Numbered from the stretch's first letter, positions 36,301 to 49,421 are shown. The stretch is 64,000 bases of DNA from Phoronis australis (GCA_002633005.1 NMRA01000026.1:1632710-1696709), one strand, 5' to 3'. A program made the numbers and translations. The notes: generated by a model from the letters alone, not told the origin.

Positions 36301-39300
36301 ATTGTAAGGAAACCTCGGTAACGCATTCAGTAACTATTTACCATAGAATACGACAAACGAGTAAAAAGTGTCTTCTCAATTTTTTTAACAAAATTAGAAA
36401 AAAGTATATGGCTTGTTTTGAACAGCTGTCAAAATACAACAACAGACAAAACTTGACTCTAATCTGCAAAAAGTAGACAGGCTTCGAAAAAGTTGACTTG
36501 GCAATTCTTTTTGTGTAAAATCACAGAAGAATTGCCATATTTGGCAATTTTGAAAACAGACCTCACGCTAGTTTATATAAACAATGACTGTGATGAATAT
36601 AAATCAAAATTGACAAGCACAATTTGTTTTTCACAGCAGCCAGCCACAGAGGGTCAAATATTCATAGGCTCATCAATGATTAATGCAAAAGGAGACATAC
36701 AGAATCCAAATATGCCATTCAGCCAGCGATCTTTTCCAAATGAAATGATATCCAGTGATCCACAGTCATTTACAGGTGAAGTATGGCACACCGCCTACAT
36801 ATGTCTGGCAAAAACGTATCTTCTGCAGAGTTTCTCTACTTTTGCTTTCTTGATGAACTCACAGAAGTAATTCATTAGATCATGATTTAGTACAACAGCT
36901 TGTGACATTTTAAAAAAAAAATATTGCAAAAGATGTGACAAATGTTTTAACATGTCCAGTTATTCTAACAATAACAATAATGGGTAAAAATAAGAGTAAA
37001 ATTTTTGTTGGCTGGTCTCACCCCAGATGATCAACCATGTTGACTTGAAGTATTGTTCCAGCAGCTATACAGTGTAGACAACATGAGCAAGAAAGCAAAA
37101 ATTTTCTACGTTTCTTTTGCTGCTAATAGCAAAACCATAAACGGTACTTTTCTTCAATATTGTATGCTCAATATGTTAAGAATTTCCAGTCATGCAAATG
37201 CATTCTATGTTGCAGGCCCTTCCGTTATACAAACTGCAGTTTCAAATATGTTGATTTTGCTCCTCTTTCCTCGCCTACATTTTGAGAAAATTTTATGAAG
37301 CAAACAACAGCCATAACCCTCTCCTTTCCAGTCTGAACTTTCCTGCGATTTTTCTCAACAAGTATGAATGACCCAGCAAGGCCAGCATCAATATTGAACA
37401 TTTTCTGATGCGCAGCCGGCTGTAAAGCCAGGCATCATAATCTGCCACAAGCCAGCCAATTAACACGACACAAGCCTCCAGTTGTTTACCAACAGGACTC
37501 TACTAATGAGAACAGGCCAAGGTCTGTGCCAGACACATGTCTTTGTGTGGATCTACTAATGAGGGACAAGAACTCACCAAGCATAATCAGGTGACAACAG
37601 TGGGGGAGTGTGGCAGTCACCACACAAGAAGTTTCCTGACTCCACCAACAGTACACAGTGGCCAGACAAAAATGACAAGATCTGCACAGGGTAATTCTTC
37701 ACCAATTTAGTGCACAATATGGCTGACAAGTGAAACTCTATTTTTTCAAAGTTTCTACACAAATCTAAAGATTAAGAAACATGTTAGTCAATTATTAGCA
37801 TGGTTTGTACTGAGTAGATGTCATAAAACGTGCAAACTTTTGGCAAATTTTCCGTTATTTACAGTATTTTTGTGCAAAATAAGCGGAGAATAACAGCACC
37901 AGGGCAGTGCACTGAATATAGCACTAAGAGCTATAGTAACAATTTTCATTTTTATTACACTTCTTGGTTCAAAAATCTTTAGTTTGTACAAAACAGCACA
38001 GCTATCTTTACTATGTGTATGCTTGTTAAGTTGCTGAGACCTTTTCTGCAGAAATTATTCAAGAATAGTTGAAGCCAGAAATGTACATCCCTGTCATCAT
38101 AGTTGAGTCATGACTTTCCATTCATTGAACTTTGCATTAAGCTTGTACCTCATTCATTACACATCCCGCTATAATTGGCCAAAGACAGAGATAAAATGTC
38201 TAATTCAATCAAGTAAAATATCAACTGCTCTTGTGAATGCTCTTCTGAACACATTTGTTAAACCATGCTTGCTGATTCATTCAGATATTCCTAAACCTAG
38301 ACTTTCAATTAGAACAGCATACCAGATAATTCCAAACAGATTTTTACAAACACCGTCATAAAAATTAAACAGGAAGTCATTATTTACAGTGTGAGTCCTG
38401 TCTAATTTTGGACAGCTCCAACTAGCCAGCCAAGAGGCCTGCTGGCCTAACCTGCTGAATTCAATTAGATAGAAACTGTGTCCCCATCCTGTCATCCAAT
38501 TAAACTAGTGACCAGCTGACTGGTCAGTGATGATGTCCACTCACAATCCCCTGAACATGTCTTGTAGTTCTTTTTCACAGGCCAAATTATTCTACCATTT
38601 AGTTTTACTTATCTTTGATATTATTAGGTCAGCAGTTATCAAAGAAGTGGTCAAAATCAACAGAACAAGAATCGAAATCTGTTCCACATGTAAAAATCTT
38701 GCTTGCCCATGTAAGGCAAGAACATTTGGATAAAATGTCTAGCTGGATAATTTACAGCATAAAAATTCCACTTCAATCCAAGCAGCTATGAGCCTCATCT
38801 TGTGGCTAGGTTAATGCCCAGATTAAATGTGTGCTTACTGTGCTAAATATCTTTGAATATCGCAATAGAACGGCAGTAAATTCATAGCAAAATGGATATT
38901 TGACAGCAAGTGGTAATTCAGCAGAAATTCACAAGGTAACCAAGAGAGAAAAAACAAGAGCAAATCTCGGCTGAGCCTAGGAAACAGTTACTGAGCTAAC
39001 ACCAAACTCTTGTCCAGACATTTTCCTTCCTGAATACCATTTTCATGGCTAATCATATTTAGCTATGCTTCACAAGTACTTAAGTCTTAACACACTGAAG
39101 GCAAGTTTACGATCTCTAGTAAGAAACTATGTAGGTGGCAGGCCCATTAAAAAACATCAAAGGCATTTCACATTCTAAAAGAAAAAACCACACACAACAC
39201 AAAAATTATGGTGGTGAAAGTTTGTGTGGAGAATGTGGTCACTGACTGTTTGTTCCTTCCAATTTGCCTACACATATTTTAAATAAATATGTTTCACAAA

Positions 39301-42300
39301 GGAAAATACTTTGTGTAAGCAAACCCATGGTTAAACTCTCAAATCAAAGGGTTCTAGTGGTAATGTTTCAAACCTATTTAGTGTACTCAGGGAACAACAG
39401 ACTAACTTTCATAGGTAGTGACTGTGTATAAAGGTAGGAACTTTTCACACAATTACCTCCATTGTTGAGGTATAATGTTGCATTCTGAAAAGGCAAAGGC
39501 AAAGGGCAGTCTAGGAATGGGGCTTTATTGAGTCCATAGGGTATTCACTGCTGAGTACATAAACAGCCAGGGCAGAATTTAAGAAAACAAAATGAGGTCT
39601 TTGGAATAACATTTACCCACCTTGGTAAACTTCTGAGGAAGTCTGTGCCACACAGAATGAGAGTACGATACACAAACTGTTGTCATAACTCAACTTTGAA
39701 ATCAGTAGAATGTTTTGTAACTAGTGATAAATCCTAAGACCATGTCTATCTCTTACAGCTGGTTAAACAAACACCAAGATTGCAATAGACTTTTTCCTCT
39801 CATAAAATCAGTCTCATAATATTCAGCACAATGATGAGATTCTATTTCCATTACAAACAAGAATATCAAAACCATCAGTGATTCAAGAAAATGTTTCAGA
39901 ATTTATTCTAGTTCACCAACCCTAAAATTATGGGCTCAGAAATGGTGCACATACGTCATTCGTGACTGGAGCAATAACTCAACATTGGATGGACATGGTA
40001 AGCACTTTGGGTAAGAATTCAATATGGACTGCTAAGCAAGGAGGAAATGCAGCTCTAAATGTTGAGACATGATAAATTAAAGGCACATTTTACAGCAAAA
40101 GAACCCCTAATTCTTTTCCAATAAACAATTTGGTATTTGGCTGTTCAACATGGTAGGTAGAATTCTCATTAATTTATCTCCACAAACAAAAATATAATAT
40201 TATGTAGTAAAAATCAATTTCATCAGTTTTTTCTGGGCTTGACATGGACATGCATGCTAATTATGTAAAAACCAGTGTGCAGCACTTCTTTTCTTACTTC
40301 ACACAAACATAAGTACAGACCAAGCTAATTAAAGTTATCTCATTATTTATTTTGATCCAAAATTTGACAGCATTTGGGCACAATATCACTGTCACTTAAT
40401 TCTTACATATAATGCATAAAACATAATGGGCTAAACACTAATGAATTAATTCTATATACAAAAGTTTTAATTATTTAGCTTCCCTTCAGCAAGGCATGGA
40501 AGGCTGGTGTCTATGACATCACTGAATTCTTACATCATACACTTAACACTACAATGAACACAGAGTCACCACCCTTGAACACAGAGCCAACACCGGAGCA
40601 CCACCAAAATTCTACTTACAATGAACTGGATTCTTGGTACGGTTTCCTGGTTCATTTTAAAGAAGAGTTCAAGAAGAATAACTTCCTGTTCAGAATAAAT
40701 GACAATGTTGAGAATTTCACAAAATGTCGCTGGCCAGTGCACCATCATCTCTTCCTGACCTATCGTCTCATCATGGTAGTGAATCAGATCACATGGATGG
40801 TCCTCGGAATGACCATTTTCTGGCGGGAAGGTGGTGACATTCGGAAATGGATTATTCTTCCACCAAGCTGGACAGAAATTATTGTCAACTCCTACTATCT
40901 ATTGGCTTTAGTGTCCTATATGAAATTCCACATTATTCACAAGCAAATCGCAACAGAAGCTAAGCAAGCACAGAGACATAATCATCTACCTTGGGACGTT
41001 ACCTTACAATGGGCCATTTTTTATACCGCATTCTTTGCAAGCCAACACCGAATCTTTGTACAAATTCGCCAACTAGAAACCATCACATCGAACCATGACA
41101 ACATTTACAATGTAGTCATAACAGCTATTCTCCTACTTCTGGAGATATTTTTTGTCACATATCCATTTCGCATTCTGCACTGCTGGAGTATATGTGTGGT
41201 TTTTATGGTATACATCACCTTTTCTATAATCTATTGGGCAGCAGGCGGCAGAGGGATTTGGAACGAACCATACATCATATCAACATTGGACTATGACAAC
41301 TACCCACTACCTATTGCTGGAGCATTGACTGTTGCTTTGTTAGTAATCATTCCAACAAATAATTTAATCATGTTTCTCCTATGTTGCTTAAGACAATGGA
41401 TGTACTACCACATTGTTAAATGACAATGGTCGACTGTTTAATGTAAAACTACTTATGGCTCCACGGGTACTTAGGCATTGTACAATTAAGTACCTTTACT
41501 ATGGATTTTTAACATAGAATATTGCAGTAATTCTTCAAATTTGTGGTCATTCAATATCACAATAAGTTATTAAAATGATTACAAGGGAAAAGCAACAAGG
41601 TGAAAGTAGCTTTTGATTCTTGCCTAAAGGGCATTTTACATCAACGTGTCGACGTTTTATAGAATGTTGGTCAATAAGAACAGTTAACTTAGTCTAGGGT
41701 TGCATTTAACAGCAGAGTGTCGACAATTGGGCATGGTATGAATGGTTGACTTTTGTGTTTGATACTGATAATGGCATCTGTTTTGGTATTATTTGATATT
41801 TTTCACTATTCTACCACAAGCACTTGATTATTTATAATCCCACCTTAAACACGATAATTCGAAATTAAAAATATGACTGCGTGACATTTTCCGATAGACA
41901 TCTTACAATACGTAAGTTCGATGCTCTACACATCAAACTGTGATAACTTCAGTGTCTGCTCATCACCAGAGGTGGTGTGAAAGGTTCAACTAACTTAGCA
42001 GTGTACATCAACACTCCTCTGGAAAGCGTCTAGAGTTGAGTTGGTGTGAAACAAAAACAGGCCAAAATGCTAACATCTGATCAGCCAGTGTATATTGACT
42101 GTGGGTAGGTAACCACCTATTATTTACTCAGTATGTCTGCCACGGTACACTCCATGTCAACGAACAACACCACCTCATGGGGAAAGTTGTTGGCTCATAC
42201 AGGTGTTCCAGATACATCAGCCACATACCTGCCAGCAATAGGTGATCACCTAATAGCAAGCCTTTGGTTATACTGTGGTCAGTGAACAAGTACCCTATAA

Positions 42301-45300
42301 AAAGGGAAGGCTGAGACCACTACCTTTGCCCTAGCTCAGAAAAGAACAACAAAAAACAGTTCATATTTAACACCATTGTTCAGATATTTGTATATTTAAG
42401 GTACTTAGTCAGGGACATCCTTTGAACCGGATGTACCGTCTTCCTTTAGTCTAGCAAGTGTAGTCCCAATTTTGGACAAAAACGACTGCAAAATTACATC
42501 TCTTGCATTTTATGGGTTTCAAATGTGGTAAAATCCAAAGCCGCCAGAAAGATGCCACAATTGTATACATGTCCACGCATGCACTCAAAATACCGCAAGA
42601 AGTTAACGGGTTTGCCACAATGAATTCTGGGAGTTGACGTTATACTAAGCATTGAGGCCTGTTATTGCACCATTTAAAAAAAGAAACCAAAATTTCACCT
42701 GTTTTAAATGGGTGAGATTCTACCCATCTTTATCAACTCTGAAACAATTGACTTAAACAATCTGCGATCTCAGCAAACCTGATAATGAATGTAACGACTG
42801 GATAATATCAAAATATTCGACCAAAAGTCAAGTAACTATTGACAGCTAAGTGTCTGGATCTTAACAGTGGTCTTGTCACACTGATTATCACCATGGACTA
42901 GTTTCACAAAAATAACTTCAGAAATTTGGTCTTACGCTATACACAACTATTTTCAAATAATAACATAATCTCACTTCAGCAAGTACAAAGACTTTTGGAA
43001 TAAACCCAGAGTTACCAATATTATTTTATCAGTTATCAGTTGGGAATGCCCATAGCAACTCAAAACTTAGTTTGATTCCAAGCCACGGAATAAAACAAAA
43101 ACAGATTTGGTGCTGCCTGTCTTCTGTGAAAAGCCGGGGAAGATAAAATTTCACCCAGTTGCCATGTTGTATCTTAAATTACTGAGATTTTACCATAGGA
43201 GAAAAACTACAGAGCTTTCCAGAAAGAATTTTCATCAATGAAGATAGAGATAAACACAGAACTCTTCAAAAGCACTCAAATCCAATAAATGATAAGTAGT
43301 GCAAACGTAAGTAGAAACAGCATTAAATGCTTAAACAATTCATTGTTTTGTACGATAACTGCTTATCACTAGTGTACCATCCACTCATAGGTTTACCCTA
43401 GAACATGTTACTCCCGGAATGAGTTGTTGCAAGGTTTGGAGGCTATGTGGATGCTATTTAAACCAGTGCAACTTGCCCTACTTCAACAAGTTACTCTACC
43501 TTATCGAGATAGGTAACTTGTTCTGGGGTAACTTGTGCCACTTCTACTCACTGCGTGGCTGCAAAACTTTGGCAAGGTGGAAGTAAATATCTGCTGCGAT
43601 AACATAGGCACCTCTTCTTTTGCGCACGGTGTTCACGTTGTCATGAACAGAACAACAACTTCCACCTTTTCCTTGTTTCCGGGTATGTATGTGTGGACGC
43701 TCCAAAGAAAGTGGGGCAAATATTGTACTGCCACCCAAGATACAACCTAGTTTGCAGCAATTTAGATCAAATAGTTCTACTCGATAACAGCAAGTACAGC
43801 TCTTTTACCTGACGGCAGACGGAGTTGTTGAAATTAACCAATGACGTCAGAGGTTAGAATGCAGTCTGTTCAGCAGTTCACAACACGCTTACTGGTGTAA
43901 GCTTATTGCTTCAATTCATCATTTTACAGCAATAAATCATCAAAATTCAATGTAAAACCCTTACTAATACATCGAGTTATTGAACAAACGTGTTATTTTA
44001 TTTCGCTGTTATGGTTTTTGAGGTATTTGAACGTACCGTAGCCTACAAGTTTGGTAAGCCAATTTACCTTACCAAGGTCGGTCACCGGAGTTTGCGGTGT
44101 GTTCGACCGTGAAATACATACAGGAGAACATAGCTGTGTGTTGTAATTTTAGACTTGCGATTTTTTCTGTTCTAAACACACAAAATGCTTGCTATCGCAG
44201 CCAGTGGCTCGGAACCCGATCAGGACTATCACGGCCGGACTGAAGACATCACGGACATAAACCAGCCAAAGTTGAAAACTAAACTCCCAGTCACAAAAAG
44301 ACTATACTATTGAGTCAAAGAAAAAATGTGCATGAGATTATTTTGGTGAATTAGCTGCAAAACTGCAAATCTGCTTACCAGCTCGTTGGGGGCCGCGAAG
44401 TCAGGTTACCGACCGTTCCACAAAACCGTCAGGGCAAAAGTTTTACAGCAACAATGATTCGAACAATGTACATGATGTCTAAATAAAGATTACCCTATCA
44501 TCTGACCGTAGGATATAAAATCGAGTCATTGTTTCACAATAGCTTTCTGTCAGCAAACACTGAATTAGCATGAACTCACAAGGACTAGGTGCCCAGTCAA
44601 TTAGTTTTTTGTTTCTAAAGCCAATAACGCTGTGATTTATTCATTGCTGGCTTCTCAAACCATTTGCACTCATGAACACTCCACGGCATTATAAATTGCA
44701 TCTAACGAGGAGAGTTTGTTTCAGTTTTATATACTTAAGAATAACTTATTTTGCAAGAGAAAGCACAATAATTAACGTCAACGTGACAACTCGCAATCCC
44801 AATTTAGACGAGTACTCATCCAACAAAGACTTCACAGGTTGAACGTTAGGTTTCATCGGCTATCAGTTTGAACCGGAGTACACTGATCAAGAAATAATAA
44901 AGAGGCTCAGTGAACGTCCACAAACAATGGAACATATTAATAGTTCCGAAAACCACCCATAACTTGTCATGGTGTCAGTGACTGAGCTAACTGCACAATA
45001 ATAGAAACAACTGACGCTAGCATTTGCTGACACAAAATTCCGCAAGTGAAACGCCTTCTTGGAGAACCACAGATACGTCTCACGGACCATCCTGATTTTG
45101 CAATGGATCTAAACAGAGGTGTGCTTACGACGTTTTTTTAGAGCTGAGAAAAAGAACAGGTGAAAAAAATCCTACACCCAGAGGACCAAACAGAAGCCTC
45201 ATGAATGAGTCAGTCATCGAACAGGTTATATAAAACATTATGTTCTTAGGCCTTGACTTAATTGTAATTGTAATTGTTTATGATTTCATGACCAACTACA

Positions 45301-48300
45301 ATTCTCTATAATCAAAAACTAATCAACACCAGATCCGACGAAATGCAGGCCACTAAAAGACACGGAGAAGTTTTATGGCATCATACTTGGTATTACTTTT
45401 CATTCTTCATTACTGCGAGCCACTTCCGAAGCATAATGGACTTTTGAGGAAATCGAAAAAACAATATACTCGCTTTGTTCGCACCTTCATAATTCGCACA
45501 AGCGGGAATGATACACCACACCATAGCGCCACTCACTCTGCAAAGAACCACTGACGTCGCTGCGTCGTTTCTCACCTTCCTCACAGGTTAACGCGACATC
45601 TCTCGGCAAGGTAAGATCGACCGTATACGAGGTGATGTGGACATAGACCAATTACGATGGTAAAAAAACTAATTAAATCGGGTGGTATTCTCCTTTAATT
45701 TTGTTTTAAAGGTTGTGTGTGACCCTAGAAAAGTGTCCAAATTTAACAAACCTTGGAATACCTCAGAAATGATGGATTGGGTTTCAATGAAACTTTTGGG
45801 TACTATACTTTATGCACCATTCTCAAAAACTTTTAGAAATTACTTTTTAAAATATACAGTTAAACTTTTACATGAACAGACTTTTATGATTTTCATGAAA
45901 AAATGGTTATCTACATGAAAACAAAGAGATATTTTAGAAAACTGAAACAAAGTTTTTGATATCACATTTTGAACACTTAAATCTTAAGAAATGCTTTTCC
46001 TGTTATCAATGATGTTTTGCAATCAATGTCTCCTTTTCTGAATTATTACGTGACCAAATTAATAGCAGGTCAGTAAAGTCAAAAATCAAATTCTACAGAC
46101 TTTCTTCTTTCAGAAAATGTACTTTTACTGAATTGTTCGAATTACGTAGACATGACTTTATAAGTTTTGAATTTTTCCTCAAATACAGTGTTTGACACTT
46201 GATTGCCAATGTTTCAGAATTTTCTGGGGTCACAGATAATATTTTTTCATGAGTATTGTCAGAGAATGCAACAAAATTTCAAGCATGTTTAATCAGCCTG
46301 TATTTGTTTCTTAATTTCCACATCAAACCCACACACTGGGCAATAATGCCAGTTTAAAAGAACAAGTAGTGGTTCACCTATAAGCTAAAGTTGCACATGG
46401 GTTAGAATTTCTGTTCAAACATGTTTTGCGCAAAGCAGCAAGACTGAGAAAAAATTCTGGCATACAATGCAACACAAAAACTTTTCTTGGTAACAGGATA
46501 AGCATTAGGACACCTTTTTAAGGCAATGTGCACCACTTGATTTTCTTGAGTTTCTTTTAAGTGCACCAACAGGATTAGTTGTACACACCTATGTAAACAA
46601 CTCTCATAAATGGCAAATCCAAGTGCATCCTAAGTGTCAGGACCCATCAACACACTTGGATTTTCCAAACCTAACATCACATTTACAGAACTTTAAAAAG
46701 TTTATACAATTTGTTATTTGAGTAAGCATAAGTAACCCCTCTAGAGAAAAGCACCTTACCTGCCACTGGAGACAATTTCTTTATGACACACCACCTTGAT
46801 TTCCACTACAAATGAAAGAAAAGTTCAAAACTAAACAGAGTTTAAGTTGTTGTATATATTTCTAGAAGGCAAACAACTCTCTGTTCTCTGGATATCAAGA
46901 CTGCTGGGATGTCTTTTTGTTTAATAACCAGAAAGGTAGCGCATGAAGCAAATTTGCAAGGTTACTTCTGAGTACAAGCCTGAAGGCAGAGACAAAGGAA
47001 ACGAAGAGGAAAAATGGCTATAATAACAGTTTTAGGGACTTCATTGTCCAACAAATATGGCTTCAAAAGGCTCAGTCACACATCTAGACACCATGTCCCT
47101 ACACTTTTTGAATTCTGGAATCAAAATTAAAGTTCTTTACTTAGTGCTTCCTGGAAGTTACCAGAAATTGGAAATAAATGATATTCCCATGCACTTGCCT
47201 TATTGGTTTACTCTCGTGTATTTGACTTTCCAAGCCAGTTACCAGATCACTCCTGAGACATTTTTGTTTTCACCCGAGATGTCCAAATGAACTTGTTTAC
47301 ATAACATAAAGCAATGTTTGAGGTCCATTCAACTCCTTACACTTTCATACCAATATCAGTAGATCACCCAAGGAGAATAGAAGCATGTAGACAACTGTGG
47401 GTTACATCAACCATTTCACAACAATACATATAAAAACTGATGTCAAGTATCGAATTTGTCATGAAAGCGGACGGGGAGGTTATGACTGTTCGGAATTTAA
47501 AAGTTTCAAGGCATGACACAAATAAATTTGCAAGTGCATGCTTGTATATACAGCTCTGCACCAACATTAACAATTTCCTTTGTATTTGTTAAGTAGTTGC
47601 AAACACAGGGGTTTGAATCTTGCACATGAAGTTTGTTTGGGTAAACTAAATACCCAATCCCTAATCCTCAAAAATCTAATTCCTATATGCTAAGCTTAAT
47701 ATCCACCCTCAGATTTTGAGTTTTTAGTCAGAGCCCTTGTAGCGCAAACTAAAATCTTAATCAACTGATGCCACACAACACTGGGTTACTGATTGCTATG
47801 GCAACTTGACAGAATGAGTGGATATCAGTATTATCACTGGATATGCTCAGAGTTAATCCGTTAATCCCCGATTACCATGCGGTATTCAATCACAAGCCAA
47901 ATTGTAGCCTAGCCAAATTGGGGCTAGCTGTTCATTTCATGACACTGTCATTTGAAATTTACGATATTAAATGTCTTTTTAACTACAGTACATATATTTC
48001 GACTGCAGTGTCATAACACCTCTCAAAACGAGCATTCATGCGATTACCTTGCTCACAGGCGACTTGTCACTTGACCTGTTTTGTTGAATGTCTTGGCATG
48101 GTCAGAGAGGAGAGTAAACAAGGTCGAGGTCAAGCTCAAGGGAATTCCCAAAAAATAAAACCCTTAAGTGGAGCTTGAAAGAATTTTATAGTCATTGCAT
48201 GAAAAATAACTTTTTTAAGGGTTAAAACTCAAAAGAAACAAGCGGATTACCTTCTTTCCTTCTCTGTATTTAAGGGAGCCTTCAAGCACGGTGTTCATCC

Positions 48301-48307
48301 CGGCCAT
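18328..48307 (-). CDS. DOK7: DOK7-like docking protein (PH + IRS-type PTB domains, long tyrosine-motif tail), 7 coding exons, about 1267 aa
   Basis: Minus-strand exons 48307-48251 (MAGMNTVLEGSLKYREGKK), 46805-46760 (WKSRWCVIKKLSPVA), 30038-29808 (DRLHISLYK...LSLEEFCGIEAG...LAIICEKQTIVLAF...WNVKIQSSLG), 23650-23441 (RFPV...GPASMHV...WNISHLRRFG...FVFEGGSSCGK), 22944-22837 (GAGVFIFLS), 21670-19130 (2541 nt) and 18938-18328 (stop). All GT-AG and in phase; total 3804 nt. N-terminus closely parallels vertebrate DOK7 (EG..K.R.GKKWKSRW.V..K.SPVAD). Confidence 0.9.
23896..24070 (+). mobile_element. Penelope-like retroelement remnant (inverted terminal repeat) with hammerhead-like core
   Basis: 23896-23960 is the reverse complement of 24007-24068. 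Between them lies TTGATAA-a-gagc-ttact-gctc-GAAA-tgta-ggg. Second family copy at 56231-56330. Confidence 0.6.
24903..25153. mobile_element. MITE with GGGCC-type TIRs (PIF/Harbinger-like)
   Basis: ggggactgttacaagaaactgacttaag ... cttaagtcagctttcttgaaacaggcccc; flanks tat/taa. Confidence 0.65.
26721..26857. mobile_element. Short hAT-like MITE (family shared with 49422-49509)
   Basis: Termini catgggtggcac ... gcgccgcccatg; internal agcactgaaaaaagt duplicated and found in reverse at 49481-49495. No matching target duplication at this copy. Confidence 0.6.
29290..29494. mobile_element. Remnant of a TA-flanked TIR element related to 3182-4716; left boundary uncertain
   Basis: Ends in gggcatgggcgttaacccgcgagtttacgg|ta, whose reverse complement resembles the left end ctgtatacgccgtaataaccgcccatgccc; repeated tgggcg-like subterminal motifs. 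Confidence 0.5.
31672..31742. repeat. 30-bp tandem repeat (about 2.4 copies)
   Basis: tgttggactcacaacaSacagggattgagg at 31672 and 31702, partial at 31732. Confidence 0.85.
40554..41423 (+). CDS. Rolling stone (rost)-like multi-pass membrane protein, single coding exon, nested antisense in DOK7 intron 2
   Basis: Intact 289-aa ORF with about six hydrophobic segments and family motifs KEEF..NF, W...F..YR, LPW...LQW, P.RILH and Y..FS.IYWAAGG....PYI..LDY...P. Acceptor-like ttcccttcag at about 40489 and donor catg|gtaagc at about 39997 suggest a 5'UTR intron. Confidence 0.85.
   Translation: MNTESPPLNTEPTPEHHQNSTYNELDSWYGFLVHFKEEFKKNNFLFRINDNVENFTKCRWPVHHHLFLTYRLIMVVNQITWMVLGMTIFWREGGDIRKWIILPPSWTEIIVNSYYLLALVSYMKFHIIHKQIATEAKQAQRHNHLPWDVTLQWAIFYTAFFASQHRIFVQIRQLETITSNHDNIYNVVITAILLLLEIFFVTYPFRILHCWSICVVFMVYITFSIIYWAAGGRGIWNEPYIISTLDYDNYPLPIAGALTVALLVIIPTNNLIMFLLCCLRQWMYYHIVK
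43836..43850. promoter_or_regulatory. CCAAT box fused to a perfect CRE palindrome in a CpG-richer intronic segment
   Basis: aaccaatgacgtcag, with TGACGTCA at 43842-43849. Confidence 0.3.
45330..45524 (-). pseudogene. Degenerate THAP zinc-finger coding sequence (probable DNA-transposon fossil)
   Basis: MVWCIIPACANYEGANKASILFFRFPQKSIMLRKWLAVMK matches the THAP C-x4-C...F.FP...W pattern; it is followed by a stop, a frameshift and SGLHF where C..HF is expected. Confidence 0.7.
45719..46234. mobile_element. Old MITE related to the 12530-13650 element
   Basis: gtgaccctagaaaa ... ttttctggggtcac inverted termini; internal cctcagaaatgatggattgggtttcaatgaaacttttgggtac resembles the arms at 12533 and 13648. 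Confidence 0.5.
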
Positions 48308-48544
48308 GGTTTGGTCCCAAGTGTTTGAACTTTGCGGAGAGCATGACTTTAATTCACTTGATTGGCTCACACGACGACCTCTAACCTTTGACAAGCTGAC
48401 CAGATTCACACTATTGTTGGATTACATGAAACAGTAATTCATTATCATCTAACCTCATTGTAACACACAAAATAGGTTATTAACAATTATTTTTAAAACA
48501 TTTTAATTTAATATTTATAAAATGTTATTTTTTTAAAATGCCAT

Positions 48545-48570
48545 GCACGTGTGACGTCGACGCCATGTTT
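48545..48570. promoter_or_regulatory. Promoter core upstream of the DOK7-like gene (E-box, CRE-like, YY1-like), probably bidirectional
   Basis: tgcacgtgtgacgtcgacgccatgttt contains CACGTG, TGACGTC and AACATGGCG (minus strand), about 240 bp upstream of the DOK7 ATG; a plus-strand donor AAG|gtgagt follows at 48621. Confidence 0.45.
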
Positions 48571-49247
48571 GCTTGAAAACAGCTTGGCTGGTTTGTTAAA
48601 TATCGTTCAATATTGCAAAAGGTGAGTTCATTATTGATGTGTTTGTTACATAGGCTGTCTCCTTCTGTCATAATTATAGTCGAAATTTCCTAAAAATTCT
48701 GCGTGAATACGCAATGTTATCAAATGGTGAACGGTCTTCTGTTCAAAGTTTCGTTCGTCTTTGTGAATTCATGCCCATGCAGCCCATGCCTGGTAGTAGG
48801 GAGGACAACGTTTTTTTAATTTTTTTTACAATACCCATGTGTCATACATTTTTGAAAAGCCCTTGGTGTGAGAAATGAAATGGTGCAAAAATCAGAAAAA
48901 TTGGATGAGCGGTTGACGAGAAAATGGCCGTTGAAACTCGACGATTATGCGTGAAATATCTGCCTTTTTACATAATTTCGTAAAAAATAAAAGAATATAC
49001 ATGTGCTGAATATAAAAAGATTCGTCTAATTGAGACAAACATGGTGGTGTGTATTATATAAAATTTGGATCGATTTCTACAGAGATATTGCCGTTTAAGT
49101 GTGTTGTTATAGCATACAACAGGCTCATCATGTTTGATGAAAACAATGGATTACACAGCTTAAAAGGTAAAGAGCAAAGACACCACATCATCTCAGAAAT
49201 AAATACATCTGAGCTAGGAGGAAATTTCACATCAAATCACAAGATCA

Positions 49248-49411
49248 CATTGGTGGATGTGGGGGGGGGCAAGGGGGCCTGGCCCGTGGCTCCCCTAAAA
49301 CTCCCGCATATTTCATTTGGCAGTTTGAGGGTGCAACCTTCTTACGGATAAAATCCTGCATAATACTCTGCCCTGCCACCCTCCTATCTAAAAATCCTAG
49401 ATCTGCCCCTG
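49248..49411. mobile_element. GC-rich MITE (caggggcRgatctaggatttt-type end) nested in 48797-50275
   Basis: Right end aaaaatcctagatctgcccctg; degenerate left end cattggtggatgt followed by a G run. Confidence 0.45.
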
Positions 49412-49421
49412 AATACTACTA

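Noticed and set aside
37578-37681. Possible cassette exon in DOK7 intron 2 (cag...gtgagt on minus strand)
   Set aside because: 104 nt with an in-frame stop in the required phase and no other support; probably chance splice-like sites.
42030-42350. Possible SINE-like repeat
   Set aside because: No clear A/B boxes, target duplication or second copy in the window.
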